Origin: a virus
Lineage: Duplodnaviria; Caudoviricetes
Length of the DNA: 54,202 nucleotides
IMG/VR virus record: IMGVR_UViG_3300033483_000002
Coordinates: 1 to 54,202 of that record
Direction: 5' to 3' (one strand)
The notes beneath the pieces were generated by a model. It was not told the DNA's origin, made no database searches, and saw only the letters and a list, made by a program, of their open reading frames with translations. The position numbers and the translations under genes were made by a program. Shown here in pieces: positions 26,152-36,502 of the stretch. Every line of letters starts with the position of its first letter. The first letter of the stretch is position 1.

Positions 26152-26528
26152 ATTCTAAAATTCCGGTAATTTATATAATAGGTCCATTTCGTGCGGAAAA
26201 TAGTTGGTTGATAGAACAAAATGTGAGAAGAGCTGAAGAAGAAGCTCTTGAATTATGGAAATTAGGATTTGCCGTTATTTGTCCTCATACCAATACTCGC
26301 TTTTTTAATGGTGCGGCGGATGATTCTATTTGGTTGGAAGGCGATAAGGAGATATTGAAAAGATGTGATGCGGCATTGTGCATGGAAAATTGGTCTGATT
26401 CAATTGGATCACGACAGGAAGTTTTATATTGTAAAGAATTGAAGAAACTTTGTTTTAGTAGTATAGAAGATCTGCTGGTATGGTATGGAAAGGAGTCGGG
26501 TCTGGAACCTAAAATGGTTTATGAATGA
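26148..26528 (+). CDS. Nucleoside 2-deoxyribosyltransferase-like protein (DUF4406/DUF1937-type)
   Basis: IYIIGPF, CPH.N, CDA...W..S.GS..E. Confidence 0.75.
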   Translation: MNSKIPVIYIIGPFRAENSWLIEQNVRRAEEEALELWKLGFAVICPHTNTRFFNGAADDSIWLEGDKEILKRCDAALCMENWSDSIGSRQEVLYCKELKKLCFSSIEDLLVWYGKESGLEPKMVYE

Positions 26529-26754
26529 AGAAATAAAATGTAATTTTATTAAATGTACTTTAAATACCGAATTCAAGGAAATTGAAATTCTTGACATAAA
26601 AAGAACTGAATCAGGAGGGTATTTAATACCTATGTATGAATCTTTAAATGAATCAAATATAAAGTCTGTAGTTGGTATATGTAAAGATATAAGTAAAATA
26701 AAAATAGATGCTTCGGGATATTGTGAGAAAGCACATTTAATTTCTACACCATGA
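26521..26754 (+). CDS. Hypothetical protein
   Basis: Overlapping start at 26521 (track start 26485). Confidence 0.45.
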   Translation: MNEEIKCNFIKCTLNTEFKEIEILDIKRTESGGYLIPMYESLNESNIKSVVGICKDISKIKIDASGYCEKAHLISTP

Positions 26755-26767
26755 AAGGAATGATTGA

Positions 26768-27127
26768 ATGGATAATACGAAAGGTCATGATGAAGTCATT
26801 CGATTGATGTGTAATGCAATTGATGAGGCACAATCATTGATTGTAAAGTCAGTTGAAATGATAATGAAGGATTGCAAATCAAGAGCTATTGAAATTCTTT
26901 CCAATGCAAGTGCAAAATTGGATATGGAAAATCTTGACGCAATGAATGGAAAGGAATATCAAATTAATGATCCTGTATGGTTTATTGGTTCAGGTAAGGG
27001 AATTGTTGCTGGAAGGATTACCGGTATTTCTTATAATGGAGAATATTTTGTATCATTGATCGCCGGACCTGATAAATTCAATCAACAGGTAAAAGCAAAA
27101 GAGAGTCAATTGAGAAGAAGAAAGTAA
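26768..27127 (+). CDS. Hypothetical protein with SH3-like C-terminus
   Basis: YQINDPVWF...GRITGI...YFV. Confidence 0.55.
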   Translation: MDNTKGHDEVIRLMCNAIDEAQSLIVKSVEMIMKDCKSRAIEILSNASAKLDMENLDAMNGKEYQINDPVWFIGSGKGIVAGRITGISYNGEYFVSLIAGPDKFNQQVKAKESQLRRRK

Positions 27128-27157
27128 TATTTGATTTTATTCTATAGGAGATACATC

Positions 27158-27448
27158 ATGAGTGGAGTTTACAAGAAATATCTTCAACAGAAATACAAAT
27201 CAAAACGAAAGGAGAAAATAATATGTTGCTGGCTGATAACGGAGAGAGACGGGCATCAACATTTACCGAAAGCGAAAAGATTGTTGGATAGACCGGTATG
27301 CAGTTGTGTTGATAGAAGCAAGCCTTTTTCCAGTGGAGGGACGATTTTTCCGAATGTTGAAAAGGATTGTATCAAGTGTTTTTGGAGAGATAGACAGGGT
27401 AATGAATATGCAGTTGATGATACGGGACATGTGAGAAGGAGGGGTTGA
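27158..27448 (+). CDS. Basic Cys-containing hypothetical protein
   Basis: AGGAG RBS before ATG 27158. Confidence 0.55.
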   Translation: MSGVYKKYLQQKYKSKRKEKIICCWLITERDGHQHLPKAKRLLDRPVCSCVDRSKPFSSGGTIFPNVEKDCIKCFWRDRQGNEYAVDDTGHVRRRG

Positions 27449-27631
27449 ATGAGAGTTTTGATTTTCTGTTTATTTTTATTGTTTGTATTGTGTGATACAA
27501 AGTATGATGGCGAAATTGTAAAAACGTCAAAAGGTGAAATTATAATACTTCATTCTAATATAGGTAGTAATTACACTATTGAAAGAATTGATACATTGAA
27601 ATTAAAAAATATTTTGAAAAACATTTATTGA
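27449..27631 (+). CDS. Small protein with signal-peptide/lipoprotein-like N-terminus
   Basis: GGAGG RBS; MRVLIFCLFLLFVLC. Confidence 0.5.
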   Translation: MRVLIFCLFLLFVLCDTKYDGEIVKTSKGEIIILHSNIGSNYTIERIDTLKLKNILKNIY

Positions 27632-27703
27632 TATGAATGTACCGTGCAAATAGAAAGGATGTTTATGCATAATTAATTGTAAAGTAGGCCAACTTCAGAA
27701 ATG

Positions 27704-27741
27704 ATCTCAACTATATTGATTTATAGTTGAGATTTTTTTTT
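27704..27741 (+). terminator. Intrinsic terminator ending the early/middle region
   Basis: ATCTCAACTATA-TTGATT-TATAGTTGAGAT perfect 12-bp stem then T run. Confidence 0.8.
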
Positions 27742-27742
27742 C

Positions 27743-27771
27743 TTGCATATTAAAGAAATGTTGGGTATATT
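27743..27771 (+). promoter_or_regulatory. Promoter candidate for the morphogenesis operon
   Basis: TTGCAT-17 nt-TATATT immediately after the terminator and 65 nt before terS. Confidence 0.5.
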
Positions 27772-27835
27772 TGAAGAAGAAAGAGGAATACTCACGAACA
27801 ATATTTTAAACAATTTATTTTACGGTATGTAAACT

Positions 27836-28270
27836 ATGGGGCAACCAAAAGGACATCATCCACCAAAACCATTTGTTAAGGGTAAATCTGGTAATCCCGG
27901 TGGAAGGCCTAAAGGTTCCTTAAGTTGCATGTCATTCAAACAAATTCTTGATAAAATAGGTGCAGAAGATTTAATTGAAAGTCCCTTAACGCCCAGAGGT
28001 ATTAAAAAGAAATTCTATTCTTCTCGACCTATTACGAAAAAAGAAGCGGTAATGCATGTTGTGTATAACAATGCAATGCTGGGTAAAGATTGGGCAACTC
28101 GATATGTAGCTGACTATTCGGAAGGAAAACCGAAAGAGTTTCACGAAATTACAAAAAAGAATGTTACAGTTGATATAGATGACGAAAAGAACGTGAAAAT
28201 TTCAGAAGGAGAGGAAATAGGAACTGATGAAGAAACTATTGTTGCTTCTCCTGATAACACTGACAAATAG
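27836..28270 (+). CDS. terS: Terminase small subunit (DUF5681-type)
   Basis: FVKGKSGNPGGRPKGS motif, EGKP; directly upstream of terL. Confidence 0.75.
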   Translation: MGQPKGHHPPKPFVKGKSGNPGGRPKGSLSCMSFKQILDKIGAEDLIESPLTPRGIKKKFYSSRPITKKEAVMHVVYNNAMLGKDWATRYVADYSEGKPKEFHEITKKNVTVDIDDEKNVKISEGEEIGTDEETIVASPDNTDK

Positions 28271-28277
28271 TTTTTCT

Positions 28278-29519
28278 ATGTCATATGATTTGAACATTCA
28301 TATTACAAAACGCTTCTTCAACGATAAATTCTTCCCTTATCTTCATTGTCAATGTCCCCTACAAATTATCTATGGTGGTGCTTCATCCGGTAAAAGCGTA
28401 TTTGCAGCTCAACGTAGAGTTATAGCAATGATACGTGAACCACGTAACTATATTATTACACGCAAAGTTGCCGATACGATACGGACATCGGTATTTTCCG
28501 AAACAGAAAAAGCGATTTATAGTTTAAGACTTCAGGATCACTTTAGTGTTAATAAGTCAACTATGGAAATTGAATACAATGTTGACGGAAGAAAGATGTA
28601 TTTCAGAGGTCTTGATGACGTTGCAAAAATAAAGTCGATAACTGTTCCAGTGGGCGTCATTACCGATATTGAAATCGAAGAGGCAACAGAAATCAGTGAG
28701 GATGATTTCGAGCAACTCGATTTGAGAATGCGCGGTATTGCTCCATGCAAGAAGAGAATGTGCCTATACTTTAATCCTATATTCCGTAATCATTGGATAA
28801 TTAAAAAATGGTTTAATGGTCAATGGGTACTTCGACGATATATTGAAGATAAAATTTTAATTCTTCACTCTAATCACAAAGACAATAAATTCCTTGACCA
28901 ACAAGATCATGATAAAATTGAATCGAAAACAGGTTATTTTCATGATGTATATGCAAAGGGAAAACCAGGAGTTCTCGGCGATCTGATTTTCACTAATTGG
29001 ACTATTGGAGATTGCAAGGATCTTCATTTTGATAACACTGTTTATGGTCTTGACTTCGGATTCTCTAATGATCCGGCCGCAGTATTAAAGATTGGAGTGG
29101 ATAAACCGAGAAAGACTTTACATATACAGCAAGAGGTATATGTATATGGCTCAACGAATGATGTACTTGCAGTACAAGCAAAACCGATGTGTGGACTTTC
29201 TCCAGTGTGGTGCGACAATGCAGAGCCAAAATCAATACGTGAAATGCACAATCAGGGAGAGAATAGAATTAATGCTCAACCTGTTGTTAAAGGTAAAGAT
29301 TCTGTATGGCATGCAATTCAATGGTTGCAGCAGTGGAAGATTGTAATTGACAAAGGATGCGTTGAAACTATTAATGAGGTATCTTGTTATCAATGGATGA
29401 AAAATAAACAAGGCGAGAAAATCAATGAACCGGCACCTGGACCTGATCATGCTATTGCTGCACTTCGGTACGGTACAGAGAAGATTAGGTTAGGTGCTGG
29501 CGTTTCATGTTCTACTTAA
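28278..29519 (+). CDS. terL: Terminase large subunit, PBSX/SPP1-like
   Basis: YGGASSGKS, EEATE, FNP, GLDFGFSNDP, DNAEP, DHAIAALRY; likely start 28278 (MSYDL). Confidence 0.93.
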   Translation: MSYDLNIHITKRFFNDKFFPYLHCQCPLQIIYGGASSGKSVFAAQRRVIAMIREPRNYIITRKVADTIRTSVFSETEKAIYSLRLQDHFSVNKSTMEIEYNVDGRKMYFRGLDDVAKIKSITVPVGVITDIEIEEATEISEDDFEQLDLRMRGIAPCKKRMCLYFNPIFRNHWIIKKWFNGQWVLRRYIEDKILILHSNHKDNKFLDQQDHDKIESKTGYFHDVYAKGKPGVLGDLIFTNWTIGDCKDLHFDNTVYGLDFGFSNDPAAVLKIGVDKPRKTLHIQQEVYVYGSTNDVLAVQAKPMCGLSPVWCDNAEPKSIREMHNQGENRINAQPVVKGKDSVWHAIQWLQQWKIVIDKGCVETINEVSCYQWMKNKQGEKINEPAPGPDHAIAALRYGTEKIRLGAGVSCST

Positions 29520-29528
29520 GAAGGGTTT

Positions 29529-29804
29529 ATGCAGCAAATAAATGTAAATGTAGTTGATGTAAAGAAATTTATTGATGATAAGATAGAAGAATTCAAGTTA
29601 TCTATTGATGAATTTATTTCTAAAAATGTGTATACTGTTCCTGTAAAGGAAGAAAGTAAACAAATAGATAAGCGAGTATTTGCATTAACAGAGATAAGTC
29701 AATGGTCTGTTGATAATAAATTAGATAATTTATCTGTTGCTGATGTAGTTGAACTTATAGATAGATTATCATTGAATATAGAAGAATTGAAGAGAGAAAA
29801 ATAA
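29529..29804 (+). CDS. Hypothetical protein
   Basis: GAAGGG RBS. Confidence 0.6.
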   Translation: MQQINVNVVDVKKFIDDKIEEFKLSIDEFISKNVYTVPVKEESKQIDKRVFALTEISQWSVDNKLDNLSVADVVELIDRLSLNIEELKREK

Positions 29805-30070
29805 TGAAGCAGTTTGCAAGGTATAGTTGGTTGATTCAGTTGATTGCAACGACCGTAATTCTGCTATTTGGTTTTAATTATACGAATGGTAAGAATTGTC
29901 AACTGCTTAATCAGACTGCACTTAAATCGGATAAGAACGAAATGGATATTGTTGAATTACGTAAAACGAATACTATGATTTATGAAGAGATGTTGCGTGA
30001 GATTCATAAAATTGATAAGTCGCTTGAACATCTTACTGTTGACATAGAATATCTAAAAGGAAAGCAATGA
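29804..30070 (+). CDS. Single-TM coiled-coil protein (holin/XhlA-like candidate)
   Basis: N-terminal TM helix plus heptad region. Confidence 0.45.
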   Translation: MKQFARYSWLIQLIATTVILLFGFNYTNGKNCQLLNQTALKSDKNEMDIVELRKTNTMIYEEMLREIHKIDKSLEHLTVDIEYLKGKQ

Positions 30071-30999
30071 ATAAATGTTCAAAGATTTATATTGCCGGTC
30101 ATAATGGTCTTGTTGGTTCTGCTTTAATAAGGAAACTTAAAGCAGATGGGTACAATAATATTATCGGTAAATCTCATGTTGAACTTGATTTAACAAACCA
30201 ATATGCAGTTAATAATTTTTTCAAAACTGAAAATCCGGAATATGTTTTTCTCGCCGCTGCAAAAGTAGGTGGTATATACGCCAATAATACATATCCCGCT
30301 GAATTTATATATAGTAATTTACAAATACAAATTAATATTATTGATGCTTGTCATGAATATGGAGTCAGGAAATTATTGTTTCTTGGCTCATCATGCATCT
30401 ATCCGAAATTTTCACCACAACCAATAACAGAAGATTGTCTTCTTTCCGGATCTCTGGAAAAGACCAATATCGCTTACGCTATCGCAAAGATTGCTGGCAT
30501 TATAATGTGTCAATCTTATAATACGCAATATGGTACGGATTTCATTTCAGTAATGCCGACAAATCTTTATGGTCCTAATGACAATTATGATTCGGAAAAC
30601 TCTCATGTACTACCTGCTCTAATTGACCGTATACACAAAGCAAAAATTAACAATCAAGATAGCATAACTATATGGGGAACAGGTAATCCTAAAAGGGAAT
30701 TTCTTTATGTTGGTGATATTGCTGATGCATGTATTCATTTAATGAATAAATATTCAGGAAATGAAATTGTCAATATTGGTTCTGGTGATGAAATATCAAT
30801 TCGTGAACTTGCATATACTATTTCTACTATTATTGGATTTACAGGTAAAATATTATTCGATCAATCAAAACCTGATGGCACACCACGTAAATTGCTTGAT
30901 TGTTCTTTTATTCATTCTCTTGGATGGAAACATAAGATTAGTTTAACTGAAGGAATTAAGAAAACATATGCATCATATTTAGAAGAGATAGATAAATGA
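30067..30999 (+). CDS. fcl: GDP-L-fucose synthase (GDP-4-keto-6-deoxymannose epimerase/reductase)
   Basis: [68 protein letters not shown]. Confidence 0.95.
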   Translation: MNKCSKIYIAGHNGLVGSALIRKLKADGYNNIIGKSHVELDLTNQYAVNNFFKTENPEYVFLAAAKVGGIYANNTYPAEFIYSNLQIQINIIDACHEYGVRKLLFLGSSCIYPKFSPQPITEDCLLSGSLEKTNIAYAIAKIAGIIMCQSYNTQYGTDFISVMPTNLYGPNDNYDSENSHVLPALIDRIHKAKINNQDSITIWGTGNPKREFLYVGDIADACIHLMNKYSGNEIVNIGSGDEISIRELAYTISTIIGFTGKILFDQSKPDGTPRKLLDCSFIHSLGWKHKISLTEGIKKTYASYLEEIDK

Positions 31000-33161
31000 A
31001 AAGCTTGATTCTTGATAAAAATGGAAATGAATATATAAAAAAGAGTAGTAATACCGCTCCTAATCTTGATCCTAATTTTTGGATTATTGATAGAAGTAAG
31101 AATAAAATCAAGGATATTTTAAGTAGACCTTATGAATTATATGTATGGATCTATGCTTGTGTAAAGACAATTGCAAACAATATTTCCCAAATCGAACATA
31201 ATATCAGCAATAAAAACAATAATGAAGTAATTGTCAGTCATGTTGTCAGTGATCGATTGAGTAAGCCTAATAAGTTAATGACAAAGACAACATTTTTAAT
31301 AAATATCACATCATTGTTATTGTTGCCTGATAAGAATAAAGATTCTTCATCAGGTGGACAATGCTTTATTGTCCCTTGGAATGGATTAACTGATAAACCC
31401 GCAAGACTTGATAAAGGTGAAATACCTGATGAAATCATGCCCTTTTCTGAATCATGGTTTGAACCTTGGAAAGAGAAATCATCGAGAGGGATGGAAGATA
31501 TAAAGGGATGGACTTTTAAAATCCCCGGCATTGCTGAATCGGAAATACATTTTGAACATGGTGAAATAATTCGTATATATTTACCTAATCCTTATGATAT
31601 ACTGAAAGGCATATCAGCATATTCATCTGTTGCATCTTCTGTTGAGTTAGATGTAAACGGGGATATTTACAATAAAAATGTATTCAATAATGATGGACAA
31701 TTAAATGGGCTTGTGTCATCCGAACAATATATCGAGAAAGAAGAGCTTGACAAGTTAAAAGATGATTGGTATCGACAATATACGGGAATGGATAGAAAGA
31801 GAGTTGCTTTTCTATCAGGTGCACTTAAATACCAGCAGCTAGGGCTTTCTCCCAGTGAACTGCAGAATCTTGAGCAAGGAAAATGGATACGTCAAAAGAT
31901 TTTAGGTGCATATGGATTAAATCGTATCGCAATCGGTGATTATGAAGATATTAACTTTGCAACTATTAGGGAAGGTCGAAAACTTCTCTGGTATGATACA
32001 TATATTCCACTTGACAAAATAATAATTGATGCACTCAATTACCAATGGGTGAATTTTGTCGATAGTGGAAAGGTTTTATTGACTTCTGATTATAGTAAAA
32101 TACCAGCTCTTCAATCGGATCTTAAGGAAAGAGTTACAACTGGCGGTGTATTGTGTCAGCAGATGGGTTTTCCCCCAGTGCTTGCATCGCGTATAATTGG
32201 TGTTCAATTAAAGAAAGAGGATCTTGAGCAATGGCCTTTTCTCAATGAGAGATTAACACAAAATAGTCAGCCGAATAATGTACCAAATCAAGAAACTCTA
32301 TCTCTTAAAGATAAACAGAAAAGCATAACTGAAAGAGATAAGGAGTATTCCAATAAATACATTAAATCAATTCTTGATCCTGTTGAACAGAAATTCAGGA
32401 AGTCTCTTGAATCTTATTTTGTAAATCAACGAAATGATATTCTCGATAAGATTGACAAGTTGGTAAAAGAAGAGAAATCAATTAACGTTTTTACTGATAA
32501 AGGAATTAATGTAAGTGGATGGGAATTTCTTCCTGATGAAGCAATGGAAACATTGAAACTCTTGAAGATGCATAAACAAGCTGCAAAGCTTCAAGCAGCA
32601 CTTGAGAAGAAACAAGTTGAAAATGAATTGCATCGGGGAATTGAGTGGGATGTTGTTGGTACTCAAATTGATTATTGGACAAGTGTACGTGCAGCGAATT
32701 TAAGAAAGATTAATACCACTACTTTCATTAATGCAAGAGATGCGATTAATGCAACTGTAAAACAAGGTTCCGAAGAGGGAATTACCGTCAATGATATGAG
32801 GGATAGAATAAAGCAAGCCGTCAAAGATGTATATGAAGTACGATTAGGAAAACCGATTGTTCCGAATGGTCTTTTTGATCTTGGTGGTATGTCAAGCTCA
32901 AGAACCATTGCACGTACTGAAATGGGAAGCATTGCATCTTTGACAAGAGCGGATATTTTCAAGCAGGAAGGTATAGGGGAAATTGAATGGATTACGGCAC
33001 ATGATGAAAAAGTACGTGATACTCATGTTGTGCTTGATGGCACTACAGTAAAATATGGAGAAGAATTTGTTCCCGGATTGCGTTATCCAAGAGATCCAAA
33101 TGGTTCAGCGGAAGAAGTAATTAATTGTCGATGTTCATTTGTTGCTGTAATAAAGGATTGA
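30996..33161 (+). CDS. Portal protein fused to a Mu gpF/SPP1 gp7-like head morphogenesis domain
   Basis: WIYACV..IA..I, GIS, I.GAYG portal patterns; C-terminal IARTE...W....D..VR..H..LDG...INCRC. Confidence 0.85.
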   Translation: MKSLILDKNGNEYIKKSSNTAPNLDPNFWIIDRSKNKIKDILSRPYELYVWIYACVKTIANNISQIEHNISNKNNNEVIVSHVVSDRLSKPNKLMTKTTFLINITSLLLLPDKNKDSSSGGQCFIVPWNGLTDKPARLDKGEIPDEIMPFSESWFEPWKEKSSRGMEDIKGWTFKIPGIAESEIHFEHGEIIRIYLPNPYDILKGISAYSSVASSVELDVNGDIYNKNVFNNDGQLNGLVSSEQYIEKEELDKLKDDWYRQYTGMDRKRVAFLSGALKYQQLGLSPSELQNLEQGKWIRQKILGAYGLNRIAIGDYEDINFATIREGRKLLWYDTYIPLDKIIIDALNYQWVNFVDSGKVLLTSDYSKIPALQSDLKERVTTGGVLCQQMGFPPVLASRIIGVQLKKEDLEQWPFLNERLTQNSQPNNVPNQETLSLKDKQKSITERDKEYSNKYIKSILDPVEQKFRKSLESYFVNQRNDILDKIDKLVKEEKSINVFTDKGINVSGWEFLPDEAMETLKLLKMHKQAAKLQAALEKKQVENELHRGIEWDVVGTQIDYWTSVRAANLRKINTTTFINARDAINATVKQGSEEGITVNDMRDRIKQAVKDVYEVRLGKPIVPNGLFDLGGMSSSRTIARTEMGSIASLTRADIFKQEGIGEIEWITAHDEKVRDTHVVLDGTTVKYGEEFVPGLRYPRDPNGSAEEVINCRCSFVAVIKD

Positions 33162-33286
33162 TTTTATGAAGAATTCATCTTTTACAAATAATCTAAAACC
33201 AAAATTAGGAATAAAGAAACCTTTTGAGCGTAAAAGTTTTGAATACGATAACAAAGCAATTCTAAATAATAAAAAGGAAGGTCGAA

Positions 33287-34564
33287 ATGTCATCTCCAAA
33301 AATTGAAGAAAGATTAAAAGAGAAGCAGATAAAATCAGTAAATGGATTGAAGGAAAATCCGCGTATTGTGTCATTGACTGAAGATGAATGCAGAAAACTT
33401 TGTGACGATATTAAATTGAAATTCATTCCCGGATATGAAAAGAGAGTCATTGAAAGAATTACAACAACTGAAACTCCTGATAGGGACGGAGATATTGTTC
33501 GTGCAAAAGGAATTGATAATAAGAACTATCGGTTGAATCCTGTTGTGATGTTTGCACATAATAAAAGTGATTTCCCTGTTGGGCGATCAGTTAAAGAGTG
33601 GATTGATAAGAGTATTACCGGATGGCGTTCATGGGACTTATATCTTGACAATACAGTCGATACCACTGGAAGAAGCGATCTCGTATTTCGCATGGTTGAT
33701 GCTGGCGCAATGACTGGCGGGTCAATTGGCTTTATTCCTAAAGCAAATGGTGCAAAGTATGATCATACCGATGAGGAAAGAAAAAATTTAGGACTTGGTA
33801 AATATGGAGTTGAATTTATATCTGTTGAGAAGATAGAGCACAGCGCGTGTTCTATTCCAGCGAATGCGGAAGTACTTGCAGCAGCATTGAAATCATGTAA
33901 TATTGAACAGATAAGAAAGCAACTGGTAAAATCCGACCTTGATATTATGGAAAAACAGAAAATGATAGATGACAATCTCATTGATGTTTTCTATTCAGTA
34001 TTGCAAATACCGAAAAATATTTCAGTTCCGATTTGTGAAACATGCATGGAGAAAGTAGATATTGAATATGTACAGAAACCTTATCCGAATGAACATGCAT
34101 GCAGGTTGAATGAACCGGGAAAATATAATGAATTCAGAAGAGGTACAAGGAAGCATAACGGAAAAACTTATTCCGTTATATATGGTAAATTAAAAGATAG
34201 GGATTCATGGGAGGATCAAGCTTACCGATACCCGAAAGATAAATGGACTGAATCGGAAGCACGTTCCCATTGTAAAGATCATAAAGGCATTCTTTTTGAA
34301 CCGGCGAGCGAGAAGGAAATCAAACAGGAGGAAGAAATGATTATCAACATTGATTTGAACAAAGCAATCGAGGGAATTGCAAGTTTGACAAAACAAATGG
34401 AAACATTCAACGAGAATATGAAAAATATCGAAAAATCAACGACTGAAAAGTTTAAATCTCTTATGGAGATAGCCGACAAATCTATCGCTTCCATCAAGCA
34501 GATTGAAACCGGAAAAACAGTTTTTGACAAAAAAGATATTGAAAACATTTTGAGAATCAATTAG
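33287..34564 (+). CDS. HK97-type prohead protease with extra C-terminal domains
   Basis: DRDGD, NPVVMFAH, PVGR, SIGF, EHSACSIPAN. Confidence 0.85.
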   Translation: MSSPKIEERLKEKQIKSVNGLKENPRIVSLTEDECRKLCDDIKLKFIPGYEKRVIERITTTETPDRDGDIVRAKGIDNKNYRLNPVVMFAHNKSDFPVGRSVKEWIDKSITGWRSWDLYLDNTVDTTGRSDLVFRMVDAGAMTGGSIGFIPKANGAKYDHTDEERKNLGLGKYGVEFISVEKIEHSACSIPANAEVLAAALKSCNIEQIRKQLVKSDLDIMEKQKMIDDNLIDVFYSVLQIPKNISVPICETCMEKVDIEYVQKPYPNEHACRLNEPGKYNEFRRGTRKHNGKTYSVIYGKLKDRDSWEDQAYRYPKDKWTESEARSHCKDHKGILFEPASEKEIKQEEEMIINIDLNKAIEGIASLTKQMETFNENMKNIEKSTTEKFKSLMEIADKSIASIKQIETGKTVFDKKDIENILRIN

Positions 34565-34574
34565 GAGATTTATT

Positions 34575-35909
34575 ATGCCTATCGAGAAAACAGAACTTGA
34601 AAGCATGCTTACCGTCTTTCGTGATGGAATTACGAAAGCGATTGAAGCAAAAGCGAAAGAGCAAAGTGATGCTGCAAATAAAGAAATTGCAGAAATGAAA
34701 GTGAAACTTGCTGAAGCGGAAAAAGCCCTCAATGAACTTAAAGAACAAGCAAAGAAAGGTTTCGGACTTCCCGGACTTGATGGAAAGGATAAAGCCAAAT
34801 TCAGTTGGTCAAAATTCTTTGTCGGTCTTGCAAATGATTTCAGGGTGACAAAAGGTCATCTTGATGCAAGTGCGGCAAAGAACTTTTGGGACACGACTGC
34901 ATCACTTGAACGTACTATATGCAGTGATTACGGAAAAATCGTTGCAAAGGATTATAATGCTACTGATGGATCTTCCGGCGGATTTCTTGTGCCCCCTCAA
35001 ATTTATCAAGGTGATGTGATTGATGTCGTATATGCAAATACGGCAATTCTTAAAATGCCTGTCTTGAAATTTGAGAATCTTAAAGGTGATATGCCTATCC
35101 CGGTTGATAACGGTCATTTGACTGCTTATTCATTGGGGGAGACCGAAGCTCCAACAAAATCAGCGGCAACTTTCAAGCTTGAGTGGTTGCGTCCGAAGAA
35201 GATAGGTGTATATGTACGTGTATCAAATCGATTGCTTGAACAAACAAATAACGCCATTGAAATGATTGTAAAGGGCAAAATGGCATTGGATGCATCAGTT
35301 GAATTGAGTCGCTGTCTTACTTGCGGTAAAGGTGCAGATAGTGAAGGAAAAGGCATACTTGAATTTTATGCAAATATGACAGGTACGAAAGCCATTTCAA
35401 CGAATGGAAAACGTTTTTCGATTGATGATCTTGCATCGATGAAACAAGCCCTTGCAGTTGCAAATGAATTGCGTGATACGGCAACTTATGGAACTATCAT
35501 GCATCCAAGTGCATATTGGGGAATGCTGCGTGAGACTGCGGAAATGTATAGCGGTCAAACAAATGGTAAAGGAATGCCGAAACTTCCAAAGCTTCTTCTT
35601 GATGTTGCAGATATTCAGAATGCTTTGAAAGTCAAGATTGAATCAACTACTCAAATTCCGATGTCAACTGTTGGAACATCAACGACAAGTTCAAAAGTCA
35701 TTACCGGTGATTGGAGCAAATTTGTATATGCTTCCTTCAGAGATCCGATTTTCAGAGTTTCTGATGTAGCAAGTGATTCAACCGGACGTTCCGCACTTCT
35801 CAATGATGAGCTGTTTATGGTTATGTTTCTTGAGTATGATTGTAACTGTCTACGTCCTGCCGCTTTTTGCGGACGCGACGGTGCGGAAACAACTGAAACG
35901 GCATGGTAA
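34575..35909 (+). CDS. Major capsid protein, HK97 fold with coiled-coil delta domain
   Basis: Coiled-coil N-terminus, GGFLVP, VSNRLLE, GDWS, RPAAF; strong RBS. Confidence 0.9.
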   Translation: MPIEKTELESMLTVFRDGITKAIEAKAKEQSDAANKEIAEMKVKLAEAEKALNELKEQAKKGFGLPGLDGKDKAKFSWSKFFVGLANDFRVTKGHLDASAAKNFWDTTASLERTICSDYGKIVAKDYNATDGSSGGFLVPPQIYQGDVIDVVYANTAILKMPVLKFENLKGDMPIPVDNGHLTAYSLGETEAPTKSAATFKLEWLRPKKIGVYVRVSNRLLEQTNNAIEMIVKGKMALDASVELSRCLTCGKGADSEGKGILEFYANMTGTKAISTNGKRFSIDDLASMKQALAVANELRDTATYGTIMHPSAYWGMLRETAEMYSGQTNGKGMPKLPKLLLDVADIQNALKVKIESTTQIPMSTVGTSTTSSKVITGDWSKFVYASFRDPIFRVSDVASDSTGRSALLNDELFMVMFLEYDCNCLRPAAFCGRDGAETTETAW

Positions 35910-35943
35910 TCTTTAACAATTAAGAAATTGAAAGAAGGAAATT

Positions 35944-36405
35944 ATGGGTCAAATGGGATATGGTAAAACAGCGGAAGGAATACTGATTACTCCTGCTTTC
36001 CGTGCTGAACGTATTGGCAGTGCAACTATCTATTACAACGGACAACCATTTACGAACGCAGCAGGATACGGATTTGATACTCAGCCTTTTGATGATTGTA
36101 TGTGTGTTATCAATGTCGGTACGGTTGCTGGACCTCTTGCTACTCTCATGAACTCCGTTCTTGAAAGTGAAACGGATGATCCGTCGGCGGCAACGGCATT
36201 AACGAATGCGGCATTTACACATATTACATCATCGAATGATGAAACAATGTTGGCCGGATCTATCATGTGCAAAGATACTAAAAGGTATCTCTTCCTGAAA
36301 ACGGAAGCACAAGGCAGTCCGATTACGATTGATTTCAGTGCTTCTTTTGTTGGTGGGCAAGCGCGTGAACAGCCAACCGAGCAGGTACTTGAATTTGACG
36401 TTTAG
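35944..36405 (+). CDS. Putative capsid decoration/cement protein
   Basis: Follows MCP; beta-rich with ESE.D and KRYL motifs. Confidence 0.55.
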   Translation: MGQMGYGKTAEGILITPAFRAERIGSATIYYNGQPFTNAAGYGFDTQPFDDCMCVINVGTVAGPLATLMNSVLESETDDPSAATALTNAAFTHITSSNDETMLAGSIMCKDTKRYLFLKTEAQGSPITIDFSASFVGGQAREQPTEQVLEFDV

Positions 36406-36416
36406 GGATTTTAAAG

Positions 36417-36453
36417 GGGTGAGACGTACATTGATACGTCTCATCCTTACTTT
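36417..36453 (+). terminator. Terminator-like hairpin after capsid genes
   Basis: GGGTGAGACGTA-CATTGA-TACGTCTCATCC then TTACTTT. Confidence 0.6.
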
Positions 36454-36466
36454 AACGCTTAAATAA

Positions 36467-36488
36467 AGCTTTCTTAAACGCTTAAATG
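36467..36488 (+). promoter_or_regulatory. 22-bp box, copy 2
   Basis: AGCTTTCTTAAACGCTTAAATG; partial copy AACGCTTAAAT at 36454-36464. Confidence 0.6.
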
Positions 36489-36502
36489 GGGTAAATTTTA
36501 GA

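Noticed and set aside
28227-28277. Signal-peptide-like N-terminus on TerL (MKKLLLLLLITL)
   Set aside because: It is the alternate-frame reading of the acidic TerS tail; ATG 28278 is the more plausible start
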